DNA of 63,063 nt, filler included, from Rhabdomonas costata (GCA_019059605.1; 36 parts of 36 records of this genome joined end to end with filler, not necessarily neighbours in it), one strand, 5' to 3'. Positions 12,111-25,603 are shown, numbered from the whole stretch's first letter. The notes: generated from the letters alone by a model not told the origin. Numbers and translations: made by a program.

Positions 12111-12796
12111 TTCGGAGGTGTAGCATTGAAGCATAAGCAGCAGTGCAGGCTGAATGACACCAAATACGACAAGCACATTTTCCAGAACCAACCCNNNNNN
12201 NNNNNNNNNNNNNNNNNNNNNNNNNNNNNNNNNNNNNNTTAATTAATTAANNNNNNNNNNNNNNNNNNNNNNNNNNNNNNNNNNNNNNNNNNNNGGTTGG
12301 TTGGCACTGAGAATATCCTTGTGGTACTTTTATAGCTGCTTTTCAACAATTTCAATTGGGCCTGAGTTTTCGTTTTGCCGTAGTTTTGCACGGTTTTAAC
12401 GGTTCCCCTCAACTTCTCTTTGAGCTCGCAATGCATGTATCCCCCGCGGTGCAAGGTTTCAATGATGGAAGCAGTGGGAAGAAGAGAAATTGGTCACTGC
12501 TCTCGACGTTCATCATTTGCGAGAAGGAACGTCAGTCTCTACGCTCGGCACAGAACAAAAAATCTGGAAGTCGAGTTTGTCATGCAAACTCGACACCTCC
12601 CTTTTCAATTTGGGTTTGTGGTGCTATGCAGAAAAGAACCGTTTGGAGAGTTAGTTTGACTTTCATCGGTGGAAGTGTCCGTCGGTTTTACAACTGAACT
12701 TGTTTGCAACACCGGGGGAGGAAAGAAGACAGCAAAATGTGTTAACGTGCCGCCTCCCCCTTAGACTGCGCTTTCCTGCTGGCTCATCTGCCGCAG

Positions 12797-13639
12797 GTGT
12801 ACCACCCCAATATCGACGAGGAAGGGAGGGTCTGCCTGAACATCCTCCGAGCGGATTGGAAGCCTGTGCTGACGATCAAGGCGGTGATCTTCGGGCTGGA
12901 GCTGCTCTTCATTGAACCCAATCCAGACGACCCCTTGAACAAGGGCATGTCTCAATTTGGCTTGATGTGCAGCTGAGATGTCGGAGCAGCCCGATCCCAA
13001 TCTGTTTCAGAAGCGTTCGTCACACAGTTCGTTGCACACGTGCCAATTCAATTTATCGCGGTTTTTTTGTTTCACCCCTCGTCTCTGAAATACTCTGCCT
13101 CCACGTGTCATTCGGCAGCTCTTTAAGCAGGCCATGGGGCAATTGCTTTTGCCTCTTCTTTTGCTTAGCGGCTGCAAAGCTTCTGCGGGAAGATAAGAAG
13201 GCCTTCCAGCAGATGGTTACCCGGTGTGTGTGTGCATATGTGTATGCTTGTTTCCGTAGCGACGCATCGTCCAATTCGAAACACCACCGTTGCCGTTGTG
13301 TGTATCTCCTTAGTTTAGATGGAAGAATCCCAGGAGCACATTACGGGCAGGGGCACAGGAATGGCGCGCAACCGTGTATTTTATACCTGCCTTGAAAGTG
13401 TGTGTCGCCCTAACCCCCACGTCATTTCACTGCCCCTTTTCAGTCAAGTCAAAAATGTCATAGGTCGTTTCCAAACACCCAGTTTTCGGATACTTTGATG
13501 TAAAGACAGATAGCCGCCAGAAACTGTATGAGTCAACGTGTAGCGCGGAGAGAGTGTGCCTTCAACCCTCTTGTGCATGAGGTGAAGACGCCCTCCCCCC
13601 CTCGCTGTCTTTGTCAGGTACATGCGCGGCGGCTTCTGA
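12797..13639 (+). CDS. UBC12: NEDD8-conjugating enzyme Ubc12/UBE2M, last three exons
   Basis: Exons 12797-12944, 13169-13223 and 13618-13639 give [74 protein letters not shown]. CLNILRxDW and the terminal MRGG are Ubc12 hallmarks. The first intron is GC-AG. Confidence 0.93.
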
Positions 13640-14050
13640 GAGCGCTCGGCTCCTGGCGGCATGCCTTTGTACTGCGGTGTGATTTGGTGTGCTTCTTCGC
13701 CGCCACACATGGACTACCCCTTTCCTCTGTGCTCGTTCTCCGGTCTCGCCGGGGGATGAGGCTTGGAGGCAACCAGGCACTATTTCCTCACATACACGCC
13801 TCCCACTTCTGCCACTCCACCCAAAAAACCCATGCCTTGTTGTGTCTGTTCTTCCGTTTTGGGGGTTGTGGTTCTCCCCGCTCGCGTTTGGCATTCTTCC
13901 ACCCGCTGCATGGCAGCCCGTGTATTGTGCACAAGGTGGACGACTGCACTNNNNNNNNNNNNNNNNNNNNNNNNNNNNNNNNNNNNNNNNNNNNTTAATT
14001 AATTAANNNNNNNNNNNNNNNNNNNNNNNNNNNNNNNNNNNNNNNNNNNN

Positions 14051-15705
14051 AGCAACCAAAATTGAAATAAAAAGCGATCTGCTAGGTTTAATTCCGCATT
14101 AACGGACTCAAGCAATTTACAAAAACCTAATCAAGGACCTCTGTCTTTAATTCTCGTAGTTCTTGGCGTTTGGGGGGGCACCATGGTAGTCAGGAAGAAT
14201 TCTTGGAATCTGCCTAACCTGTGAAAACTCGGGGGAAAGTTGAGGATGCAACTTTCTTCCTCAGGAACCATGGAACACACCATTTGGATTTCTAATGCAG
14301 TCGGGTCGTGTGCTGTCTACCTCCTTCCCGTGACTTCCCTCACTTGGCCTGGCTCTCTGCCTCGCCCGGTGTCTTCCCAACTGTCTCATAGCTGGCCTTT
14401 CATCTCTCACCTGGCCCTGCTCCGCTATGCTCGCATTCTCGACCATCTGGTTGATATATATCCTGACTCATGGCCTGGCCAGGAGCTGGTTCACGAGGGG
14501 CTGAGCTTCAACTTCTGTCTTAGTTGACCCTTGAAAACCTCTAGAAAACGTCTGTGTCCCACGCACGTGACTTTTCTCCTCTGCCTCTTGATGTTGAACA
14601 CCTGGGTGATCTGGACCGTTACACTCTACCCGTTTAGGACGGATGGTGTTTTCAGCAGACGGACGAAGGCCGATAACACAAACGGTCCACCTGAAGAGCT
14701 TTAAGACCAGGATTTCATTTCCAGATGTGGATTCATCTACACACCAGTGTATATAGCTCGTCTTCGCAATACATGACATAAATCTGCACCAACTGTGGAT
14801 GGGATGGACACGTAAGCTGGCGCATCAGCACAAGCGTCTGTGTAAAGGCTCCCCACACACCACAAACCTCACACATCTGGAACGAAACGCTGTGGAAACA
14901 CACCACACACGCTCTGGAAACTCACACATTATCACAGCTCTGATCCACAACCTTCGAGCCCTACCTCTTTACCTCTTGGAATTCAATTCTGTGGGGGTCC
15001 AAAATTTCTATGATACTTCGAAAGCAAGTCTTCTTCTTTTACTGGCCTCTCTGGAATGTGTCGTCCAAGGCAAAATGACTGACGAACGCCGGGTACATGT
15101 TATCGAGGAAACTCTCCACTATGGCTCCAGGTAATCCATACGCTGTGTAGTACAAACACTCTACCGAAGCGCAATGATCCACCTTCTCATCCAGCTTGAA
15201 TCTCTGGTTCCATGTGTGCTGTTCCAAATTTCCAGGGCATGTGGACTTCACGACGAATCTGAACGGACTGCTATTGTGGGCTCGTGGGAGATGATATCTG
15301 AACATTCTGCGGTGAAGCAATCAACGGTTTTACCGGAGCAACTTCCACTTGCTCTGTCTCCAACATTCCTGTTGTTGGGCATGTGATTCTATATGAAACA
15401 ACTGCTGTCGTATATTATTACTCCTCTCCACACCTTGACATTTCTGTGCTTTCAATCAACCTGCGGTTGCAGTCTAGTTAAAAATGGATAGTTCAGAACT
15501 AATGGTATTGCCGTATTGATCACTCTCAAAAACAATCGGCACGGTACACAACCTTCCGGCAACTATGGCAAGGTGCGTCACTGGAAGTACTTCACAGTTC
15601 TCAACCCTCACTTTAATCTTCTGCTGCAACGTTTTCCTCTGCAAACGTAATCTATGGACCAACTACTGACTTATAAACGAGTCTTATGCTCCATATCCCA
15701 ACAAC
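14051..15705 (-). mobile_element. Internally deleted gypsy relic: protease remnant, degenerate interior, PPT, 3' LTR
   Basis: 15474-15700 encodes DSFISQ*LVHRLRLQRKTLQQKIKVRVENCEVLPVTH, the same family as the contig 1 protease. Purine-rich TAAACGGGTAGAG (14636-14624) directly precedes TGTAAC at 14623. Confidence 0.7.
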
Positions 15706-16458
15706 NNNNNNNNNNNNNNNNNNNNNNNNNNNNNNNNNNNNNNNNNNNNTTAATTAATTAANNNNNNNNNNNNNNNNNNNNNNNNNNNNNNNNNNNNNNN
15801 NNNNNTGTGGTGGGTGTGGTTGGTGTGTGGTTGTTTTGCCAATTTTAAGTGGCGGAATGGCGAGGCCGCGTGCATACATGTATGATCACACTCCTGTGAT
15901 TTCAAGCACTGCGATTGTGCTGTGGTTGGAGTGCATTGAACGCAACTCCGTTCACGTGGGCTCCATACCCCTGTTAACAGCGCCGGGATGCTTCTGTGCA
16001 TTTGGAGGATAATAAGCATGATAGAACCCATAATTTAGGATGTTATAAATTCCCAATTAAGGTCCTGGGAACGTTGTAAAATGCCGTAAGGCTGGCACGG
16101 CGCATTTGATATTCAAACGTTCTCACGATTATGAGGCTAAAAAGCATACGGCGAAACTCAGTTTAAAAAGAATACCCCGAAAGTCAATGTTGAGATAGGC
16201 TACGGTATGTGCGCAGTTTTGTGCCCCAACATTGACCCACGAGGGGAAGACAAGATACAGAATTATTTGCCTTTTAATTCTGAGTTTTGTCCTGTACTCT
16301 AAGTTTACGGTGTACCGTGCTACAGTAATGCACCATCCCAAAGCTGTTCGCTTTGGGCTTTTGGGAACGGAGGTCCCACCGCGAAGGATTGGAGGGTGCG
16401 GAGGTGCTGTATGCAGTCAGGAAAGATGGACGACGATGACGACAGGAGCTCTTCACAC

Positions 16459-17110
16459 CTATGATTTGGCAGTCCCGGAGGATCTTCAGGAGATAGTTCC
16501 CCCCCCGCCACTGAAAGGGGTAGGGCCGAGTGAGACGCATCCTCCACTCCTGGATCCCCTCCACCACGCGCAGAGTAGCCTGAAGCAACGACACCCCCCA
16601 CGCAAAAGCACGCAGAGGAAACACCCAACCCGAGGAGTTGGGTGCGATTCTCAAGGTATCCTCCTTTGACTTGGGGAGAGGTGTGTTCGTTTGCTCGCGT
16701 TTGTGTTTGCTTGAGCGATGAAAAGTCAAAAGAAGGGAAACGCTCACACGTGAAGGAGAGCAATGATCCAAGCGCGCGTTTGATGACCGATTTGGACCAA
16801 TCCAGCTTAAAGCCTAAAGTGCGGTTGTCCTTCTCCCCCCTTGATTCCTTCGGCGTTGGGATGCATGCAGACCCTTGGAAGGAAGGCACGTAATTTGGGC
16901 CGAAGGATAAATGTCTGCTACATAACGTTGACTTCCACTTGTTTGCCAGGAAATTGGGCAGAAACCCAATGCACAAACGCAGAAACGAAGAGTTGGGGGT
17001 GATGGGTGGGGGGCGCACGGTACCTGCTGAATAGAGTACAGCAGCTGAAGCACTTTGGTTTGGGCCTCCAGTGTAGTGACCTTCCCCTGGGACAGGTCCA
17101 CCGCTACGGC
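16459..17110 (-). CDS. Conserved hypothetical protein, 2 exons
   Basis: Exons 17110-17024 and 16579-16459 give ..VLQLLYSIQQATLRVVEGIQEWRMRLTRPYPFQWRGGNYLLKILRD. Confidence 0.7.
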
Positions 17111-17610
17111 CTGCAAAGTGAGAGAAGCTGCGATGGAAATCCGCGCAAGAAATAACGGTCGGAATATGGGGAAGGAGACATGGCTACTACCTACTAAGCA
17201 TAGCTAAGCCAAACACTCCTTGATAATTAAGCAATCAGAATGCTGAATGTTGGGTGAAACATCAGGTAAAAACTTACCGGACAGAACATAGGAAGGCTGA
17301 CTTCTTCGTTAAAGCTGCAACGCAGCAGTACCAAGAACCAAATTTAAAACATGCCAAAATGCAAAAAAGACCGGCAACCCTGCAGCAAGTGGACAGCGAA
17401 TGAGCGGGTGGTGAGAACTTTTCACCGCAAAAGGTGCTCGGGAAAAGTTCTCACCACCCCCNNNNNNNNNNNNNNNNNNNNNNNNNNNNNNNNNNNNNNN
17501 NNNNNTTAATTAATTAANNNNNNNNNNNNNNNNNNNNNNNNNNNNNNNNNNNNNNNNNNNNGGTGGTTGTTTTCGAGAAGCCTGGTGCTGATAGCAACAC
17601 TGATATATAC

Positions 17611-18859
17611 CGCAGCAACGTCGTCGGGGTCCTCCTGGAGCTGCTCCTTCACATACTCCATCACCTGATTGTTGGTGAAGCCCGCCTCGAAGACGCCTTT
17701 GCGGTAGGAGGGGGACAATCGGAAAAAGAGTCGGGTGTACAGCTGCAGAGATGGGCCAGAAATGGTGGAACGGTAGCGTGAGCCGATGAAGTGTGTAGGG
17801 AAAAGAGCCATTGCCCTGGGGAAATCGCTGTGAAACACAGTTATTGACACTCGCTTAACCCGATGTGCTCCGCTCGGGAACTATGTCCGGTCCCCACTCC
17901 CAAGTTCCGAGAAGTCCATTGCACGTGGGAAAAACTGCAGGACTTCATGGAACCACAAAGGAAGAAAGCATGCAGCCAAGCTGGCAACACACCGTCGCAG
18001 CAGACCAGAACGAGGTCGTCCACGCCAACGGTGACGTGAGCCACGTCTGGCTTGCAGATGACCTTCTGCTTGTTCGGCCCCCCGGGACCTTTCTTGTACC
18101 CAAAACCCCCTTAAATTTGGAATGCAGTTTAGCAGAATAACAGAATACCAGACAACAGAAAGCATGTTACCCAGACCACCGATGACGCAGACCCCACGTT
18201 TTGCACCATCACGTACAGAATGCCGCGGAAACGGGAAGCGCATCCAAGGAGGGTGCATACAAGTTTTGGACAAGCCGAACAGCGACGGCGCAAAACGCAG
18301 TTCACTCAACCAGATCTCCTCGCGCATATGTCTGTGCTGCTCGTCAGGTCAGGTTTGTCAAAATCTGATGTTTAAACGTTTAACATCGTCAAACATCAAA
18401 AATTTTTGGGGGAAGTTATTTCCCGTGCACGAGATTCGGTAATGTGCGCCTCTTTTCGGTAAGTGTTGTCATTTTTCCGAAAGCGGGGTTAGGTATACTG
18501 CGCCGATGCTCCATATATATCTATTTTTAAGTTTAGAATTTTCTACCGTCAAACGGTGCTAAAGGTTATACGCCCCCCCCCTCCCTCCTCAAAAATACAG
18601 CAGCCCTTCCAGGAGAACACGTGCATACGCGGGCCAGAGCTGAACGCATCCAGGAAAACGCACAGCCGGCCGCACACATACCCATGGCCCTGGACATCGC
18701 CAGCGCTCCGTCGACCCGGTCCATCGCAACCATCCCCCCGCAGCTCTCAATGCGCTCCCGTTCGGCCTTTAGGCTGGGCTTGTGATCCGTGGTGGCATGC
18801 AGCAGCGCGGCGCCCATGTTCTTTCCGACCAGCACTCGCGAGTCCCCAACATGGGAGAT
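17611..18859 (-). CDS. Protein phosphatase 2C (PPM family) fragment
   Basis: Exons 18859-18682, 18109-17993 and 17696-17611 give ISHVGDSRVL..TTDHKP..ERERIESCGG..RVDGALAMSRAMG..QKVICKPDV..LVLVCCDGVFE. Confidence 0.93.
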
Positions 18860-20316
18860 CTGAACGTAAACGGTGGGTGACATTCCCAACCACTAACCCC
18901 GATACGCACTGCGCACCCGCGAAGCCCACAAAGGGGGTGCAAAGACCACGCGGCAGGCATGGCGTGCAAACGCTGTACGCTGCGGTTCTGGTACACGAGT
19001 TAGCGAAATGTTGCTGGATGCCCAGCACACCTGGCAAAATGTGTTTTACAACCAGATGGACCTCCCCCAATCCCAAAAATACCGAAGCTAAACTGTACCG
19101 AGCGTGTACGAAACACATTTATCGTGACAAGTGACTTCCAGAGAAGCGTGAAGACGCGGCAATCAACCAGAATTACACCAAAAGGGGGGGGGGGGCAAGT
19201 GACGCGAAAACAAGGANNNNNNNNNNNNNNNNNNNNNNNNNNNNNNNNNNNNNNNNNNNNTTAATTAATTAANNNNNNNNNNNNNNNNNNNNNNNNNNNN
19301 NNNNNNNNNNNNNNNNAAAAAGTTAATTCACGCCGGATGGCTCAAGATGCATGGGCAGTCTTGGGTAAATACCTGTATCTGGGCTTGTATGTGGTATTTG
19401 TTTACTCTAGTCCGAGCATCGTCTGTGCCGTGGTGCTTGCAGGTGATTTGATTTGAAACAGGAAGGCGAAACAGCACAGAATGCACACTGTTGGACCATT
19501 GGTATCAGGATGGGGTTGTCGGGGTTGCTTGAGCACAGAACGGAAACAGTAGCTTGAACTTGATAGTCCTCCCCTCCTGAAAAGGTTTCCACTGCCTCCA
19601 AACCCCGGTTCAAGTGGTGTCATTTTTGTACCTCTCTCTTGAGGATGACCGTCAATCCGGCAAAAGCCACCCGGACCTACCTGCTTCCTATTCACCGATC
19701 ATCGACGGTGACATCGTCCTTTGTAAACATTAGTTGCCACACGCCTTCAGAATTAATTCCCAATGCCCCTCTAACCACAAAAGTAGAATTAAAACCAGAA
19801 ACCCACCAACCACAAATGTCCGCTTTTTGTGCGAAGTTTCGCTGCTGGTGATTGCGAAGTGATGCTTGCGCGCCGGGGTTGCCAGGCACCTGAGGATTCG
19901 TGTAGGTTTTGAGTCCTACTGAGGGTAACGTCCGTGAGGTTTCGCTGGGCGCTGGAAGGAATGCCAGAAAGTCAGAAAATTGCTTCTAAATTTGCAAATC
20001 AACATTGCGCGTGAATATTCTTATGGTTACTGAGGATGAGGATTCCCAGCATGCTGTGTACCCAGGTTATGAAACTCGAATTTGCACAAAAGGGCATCCA
20101 CGGTGCATCTGGTTGGTTTTCTTCCGAAAGGATGAAAAGAAATCAATATCCACCTTACCCCTCCCCCCGGTAGAAAACTCTCTATGCACGGTCACGGTTC
20201 GCCCGCTTTGAACGGCCACCAGCGCACATTAGCCCACACAGTATCGTGAACTATTGATCGAAAGTCCGGAGGGTTAACACTTCGCGTTATTCCGTGGGAT
20301 GCTCGGATCCTCACAG

Positions 20317-20647
20317 GTGTGGAGCAGCACTGATGGCATTTTATGGTCGAAAGACTCAGATTTATCGTCTGGCCTCCTTTTTCCGGGCCGCTGGGGTGCA
20401 GCGCTGATTACCTATGGCGGGCAGCTGTGGCTTCTCGGCGGTTTTACAGTTGATATTGTGGTCCGGAAGGTTTCAGACTTCGAAGTTTGGGTCTCGGACA
20501 CCGGCACCCGATGGAGCATAGGCCACGTGGAGCGGGGCGCGCTGGCGTTCTTTGGAGCTGTCGCGAAAGGATCCGGCATCTTTACCAGTGGGGGTTCATC
20601 CTCCCTGTCCTCCTCGGACCCTGTCACGAAAGTGTACATATACGGAG
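20317..20647 (+). CDS. Kelch/Asp-box beta-propeller protein exon
   Basis: AG/GT-bounded exon: VWSSTDGILW..GRWGAALITYGGQLWLLGG..VWVSDTGTRW..IFTSGG (SxDGxxW repeats and Kelch GG motifs). Confidence 0.75.
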
Positions 20648-21281
20648 GTACGGTTGCACAACGTTTTTGAACTCTTGCTTCTCTTTTCGACGTTAGGGCT
20701 GTGTTATGTGTTGGAAGGAAGGAAGGAAGGAAGAAGTGTGGCAGGCTAGTTGGCCCCTAGTTGGTTTTTCCGAAAAAAAGAATGCCAATCGCTGCTTCGC
20801 CCAACCGTTGGAACTTTCCAACCTCTCCGCCCCCCGCCGCGGTGCTGGCCTTCGCACCTGGAATAACTTGTCCCCTTTGTCTATAAAACCCCAGCAACGG
20901 CAATCCCAAAAATCCGCAAAATCCAAAAACTGCTAAATGTCCTAAACAACAACCCTACCACACCCAACACANNNNNNNNNNNNNNNNNNNNNNNNNNNNN
21001 NNNNNNNNNNNNNNNTTAATTAATTAANNNNNNNNNNNNNNNNNNNNNNNNNNNNNNNNNNNNNNNNNNNNTTGTTTGGTGGGAAGGCCCAAGTCTGTCG
21101 CAAGCCCGTCAGGAAACGCGGGCTGGCGGATGGTGTGTCAGAAACCTTAAGCGAATGCTGCGCAAACATTGGCTGCCTGACGTCCTCACCAGTCCCTAAA
21201 AAGTCACTTTCCGACGTCCATGCGGTACCATGGGTACACCAGAGCCCCCCATGGGTTTATCCTCAAGGCTGCCGCAGCTAC

Positions 21282-22304
21282 CTGAGCGCTCGCCAGCAGC
21301 AAACAGTGCGTGGAGGTCCTCGTATGACGCCGACGCGAGTTGCTCCAGGGTCAGCCTCTCGCCCGCGGGAAGCGCGGTGGCGGAGCTACTGTCTGTGGAG
21401 GCGGCGTGGGAGGTGGCAGAGGCGTCGGGGGGTGACGAGGCGTCCTCCTGAAAGAAGAGTTGTGCTGCGAACAAAGCCCGATAGTGTAATTGACGTTGGG
21501 GGGGGGCAGCGGTAAAGGTTACCACTGGAAACAATTTTCCAATTGGGCAATACATTAAAAAGTCACTAACGGGCAAACAGCTGCTCGCTCCGGCCGCGCC
21601 GCGAACTGGCCCTCGCCAACAACACCAAAACTGTCTCACTATGTTCCACTAGTTCGCCTGGCATCAGTTTGACGTGCGAACCAAAAATACTCATTCAGAG
21701 AACACTGGCACAGGTTACCCGACCCCCTAACACACAAAATGAAATCATTCAAGTTGCTGGATTCAGTTACCTAGTTCTTAGCAATTTCTGTTTCCACTCC
21801 TAACGTCAATCGGGCCGACCCGGTGAATCGCACGGGAGTTGGGAACATGCTCCCCGCCGGTTCGCCCCCCTCATTTTTCCATGTGCTGGAACATCTAACC
21901 TCCCACCCCATCCCTGTGTGTGTGTTAATGTTGTGGTTAAATTCTGAATTCTTCCCCCAGTGAGTCCTCTAGTTCGACTGCCCGTGCAACGTGTGCCATC
22001 AATATCTCAATTTCTTCTTTGACGTAGGGACAGTTGTTTTCTGTTTTCTGTTCATCTCCACCATCCCTCAACCCAACTGGGCCGTCCTTTTCCACGACAC
22101 AAAATCACGGCGAACCGGAAGGTCAAAGCGGACTCGTTTCCGGGGCTTCCCAGAAACATCCGGGGGCTGTTCCGCAACCACAGCATCCCCCTCCCCCACC
22201 TCCTCCTCCTTCGTTGCGGTGGGCTGCAGAACAGCACCCCCTTTCAGGCGGATCGTCCGAGTGTGCGGCAGAAGGTGAGCCACAGCGTCGAACTCAACGT
22301 CGGC
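21282..22304 (-). CDS. Hypothetical low-complexity protein, 2 exons
   Basis: Phase-0 compatible exons 22304-22116 and 21447-21282; includes a KPRKRVRF segment (basic NLS-like / RVxF-like). Confidence 0.5.
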
Positions 22305-24599
22305 CTGCAACGCGGTACACACAGGCAAGAGAGCGAAAGCAAATCCAGCCGACACCAGAGTTAACAGAAGACTTCAACCAAAAATATGGCAATGGCTTCA
22401 GAGCCCAGTCGAACAGTCGAAGAGCGCAAAGCGCTGTCCATGAATTTCCGGTTGCAACGACCATCTGAGAACACCGATGGCACAGCTTCCAGCACAGACT
22501 CAAATGCATGCAAATAATGCCTTTCCTCGCTTCAGCTTTAGCTTTTAGCGGCCCGGTATTGTCCGCTCCATGTGTCCCGCTATTCTTGGACAGTGAGCAA
22601 AGCAGAAAACCGACTACCTTCCTTTCAACGTGACATTCCTGTGTTTTCACCCTCTGCAGGTTTGCGAAGCTTTGCTGGTTTTCTGCGTTTTCGGGTGGTG
22701 TGAAAGCCGTCTAAGAAACCAAACCCNNNNNNNNNNNNNNNNNNNNNNNNNNNNNNNNNNNNNNNNNNNNTTAATTAATTAANNNNNNNNNNNNNNNNNN
22801 NNNNNNNNNNNNNNNNNNNNNNNNNNGGGTGGGGGTGACAACAAAAAGACTCCTCCGCTCCGAAGATTCAACGTTCCCACCTCAACGGCATGCCCCACCG
22901 CGCCACCAAACTGGCCTACGCAGCGCTGGCCTTCGTCATTAAAATAACTCCTTCCCTTTAATGTGCAATCTCCAATCTCCGGGGAACTGTTCATCGCCTT
23001 TCCAGGAAAAGTCACCGAAGTCCACCCTCTAACGCACCGGAAATACCGAGGACATGACGTAATACCAAAATCCTAATCTGTAACTTAATCGCCGTTAAAC
23101 AGTTTAACACCCCAGACCACAAAATTATACCAGGCCACATTGTGACGGTTGCTGCTTGCGAATTAGGAACCTCGCATAAAAACAAAATTGTCTTTCACAA
23201 GACTGGATTTTAGTATTATTGCACATCGTGCTCCAGCGCAAGCCTGGAAATGAAAGAAGCAGCCGCTAGCTACCAGCAGTAGCCTGGTAAGGTCAGGTTG
23301 GATGCGGCCACCCTGCCCAGACATGATGGGTGGACATCATAGAAGCCTGGGAAGAAGCACGGCCCGGGAAGCACCCTGATACAGCGAAAAGCCTTCGAGT
23401 TCTTGGGCATCGGAAAGGTGTGCCGCTGAGGAGTAACCTGAAAATGCGTGGAAAAGAACCGCCTGGGACTATATTTCCTGGGACCGATTTCTTTGGTACC
23501 GGTGCTTCTGAAATCAGGCCATTAATCTTTGCAAGGAACCACTTAAGCGCTGTAAAAGGGAAGTTGGGCAAGAAGCTCCGGCATTATTTTCACATTGACC
23601 CTTATTCTTTGTGATCTGTTTTCTGGAGGGAAATGGAAACGGTTGTGACCACTTTCCAGAAAGACTGGCGTGATTTGGGAGCCTTGTCTCCAACTCCCCT
23701 TCCCACATGAATATGCAGAAAATGCACCAAAATAATCAAGTCGTGGCACAACACAATTGCGCAATGGAATTAGCAGGCCGTAAACGATTAAATTTTCTCC
23801 GACCCTTCCAGTAGCCCTTGAAGCGTTATTTAGGTTTCCGGCATACGGTCAGCGTGGCGGTGCTTTCGTTTTCTTAAGTGGACCAGGACGGATAGGTCAT
23901 GCAAAATAATTTTCCACGCGAGGACACCATGAAAGTCTGTGGCTGTCGAAGTGGAGCCGCATGAGCGACATCCCCGAAGGAGGAGTGGGGCGAGATCAGC
24001 AGCACGTCGCACCACGACAGCAGCACCAAATCAGTCAGAGCTAAAAACAACCAGCCCGTCCATCCCTCTCCACATGATGTGACAAAACATTCCCCTCTTT
24101 ACACCCAATAACAACAGGCGACGCTTCTGCTGCGATCTCGGATGACACAGACCCCAGGATTCCCTCTGACAAAAATGCAAGTGATCGGACGCAGCGTTTC
24201 AGAAAACCAAAGGGTGCAGTCTCTGTCCATGTTGAAGAACAAGACGTGTCGGCAGCTTATGCGTTGCCACAAGACAAAGGTGGGAGAGAGGCTGGAAGCC
24301 ATAAAAACCCACACTCATTCACCTTGTAAATAGTGCTGGGTCGAGAAAAACTTTTGCTTCACCACGGGCTTGCCCTGAAACTGCACAGGACCAAAGCGGC
24401 GGAGAGCCAGTCCAACCCGACTCCGCACATCAGGGTACATCGTGGCCACAAAGTAGCTACGGTTCCCCGTCAAACCCCAACNNNNNNNNNNNNNNNNNNN
24501 NNNNNNNNNNNNNNNNNNNNNNNNNTTAATTAATTAANNNNNNNNNNNNNNNNNNNNNNNNNNNNNNNNNNNNNNNNNNNNGTGTTGGGTGTGCTTGGT

Positions 24600-25386
24600 G
24601 TGGGTGGGTCTTGAAGCGCTGGAACTCATCATAGATGGACAGATACGGGTTGTGGTAGTCCAGGCCAACCACAAACCCAACGTACACACGGTTCTCCACG
24701 TCGTGGTACAGGAAGGACCCTCCAAAGGCGTCCGACGTAAGAGGCCAGCCTCCAGTGTGCAGGACGAGCCCAGGCTGGTGCTTCGCGGGATCCACAATCC
24801 AGACTTCCTGGAGAGAAAGAAACGAGTTTTTCCTTTGGAGCACACCTTGCTCACTGGGGTGCTTTCTTTGCCCTGTGGGAAAGAAGCTGGGTTCGAGCTC
24901 ACGACTCGTTGGAAGATAGCAAAAATTGCAAACTGCAGCACGAAAAGGACATTATTCTTGGATATAAAATTTGGTGACGATGGTTCTCAGGAAAGGAGCA
25001 TTCACTCAGGAATGTTCACAAACGAGGGGTGACACACCTTGATGCCCAAGGCGTAAGTCTGCTGCTGAGCCTTCGCGTAAAGGTCAAACTGCTTGTTCGC
25101 GTACAGTTTCTGAGTGATCGAGCCACGGCACCCCTCGCAGAAAATCGTCTGCTTGGCAATCAGCTCCACCCCGGGGGCATAACTGTCCTTCTTGTGGCCC
25201 TCCTTGCTAATACCCATGTCACCTGAATGGGGGCAAGTCAAGAAACCAGTCGACGACCAATTCAACTTGAGCTTGTCATCAACTACGCCACGACATCTTA
25301 CCGATTTGGACACCCTTGACGGAGCCGTCGATGTTGTACAGAGGTGCAGCAGCAGCGAACCCCGAGAAGATCTCAACGCCCATCTC
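24600..25386 (-). CDS. ETFDH: Electron transfer flavoprotein-ubiquinone oxidoreductase fragment
   Basis: Exons 25386-25302, 25222-25038 and 24807-24600 give EMGVEIFSGFAA..GDMGISKEG..TIFCEGCRGS..QTYALGIKEVW..HTGGWPL..GGSFLYH..VGFVVGLDYHNPYLS..EFQRFKTHP. Confidence 0.96.
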
Positions 25387-25603
25387 CTGAAAGAAAGTTG
25401 TCAAGCGAGTGTGCGTCATCACATGTGTGCATCGTCCCTTCTTTGCCACACCAGAGACACCAGTCTTGTGTGACTGTGAGTGTGTGTGTTGGGCGCATTG
25501 CGCGCTGGCTGTTGCCTGGGTGACTGGTTGACCGGAGTGTGTGTGTGTGTGTGTGTGCGCGCGCGCGCGTGTGTGTGTATATTCGGGGGGGGGAGGCCAG
25601 CAC

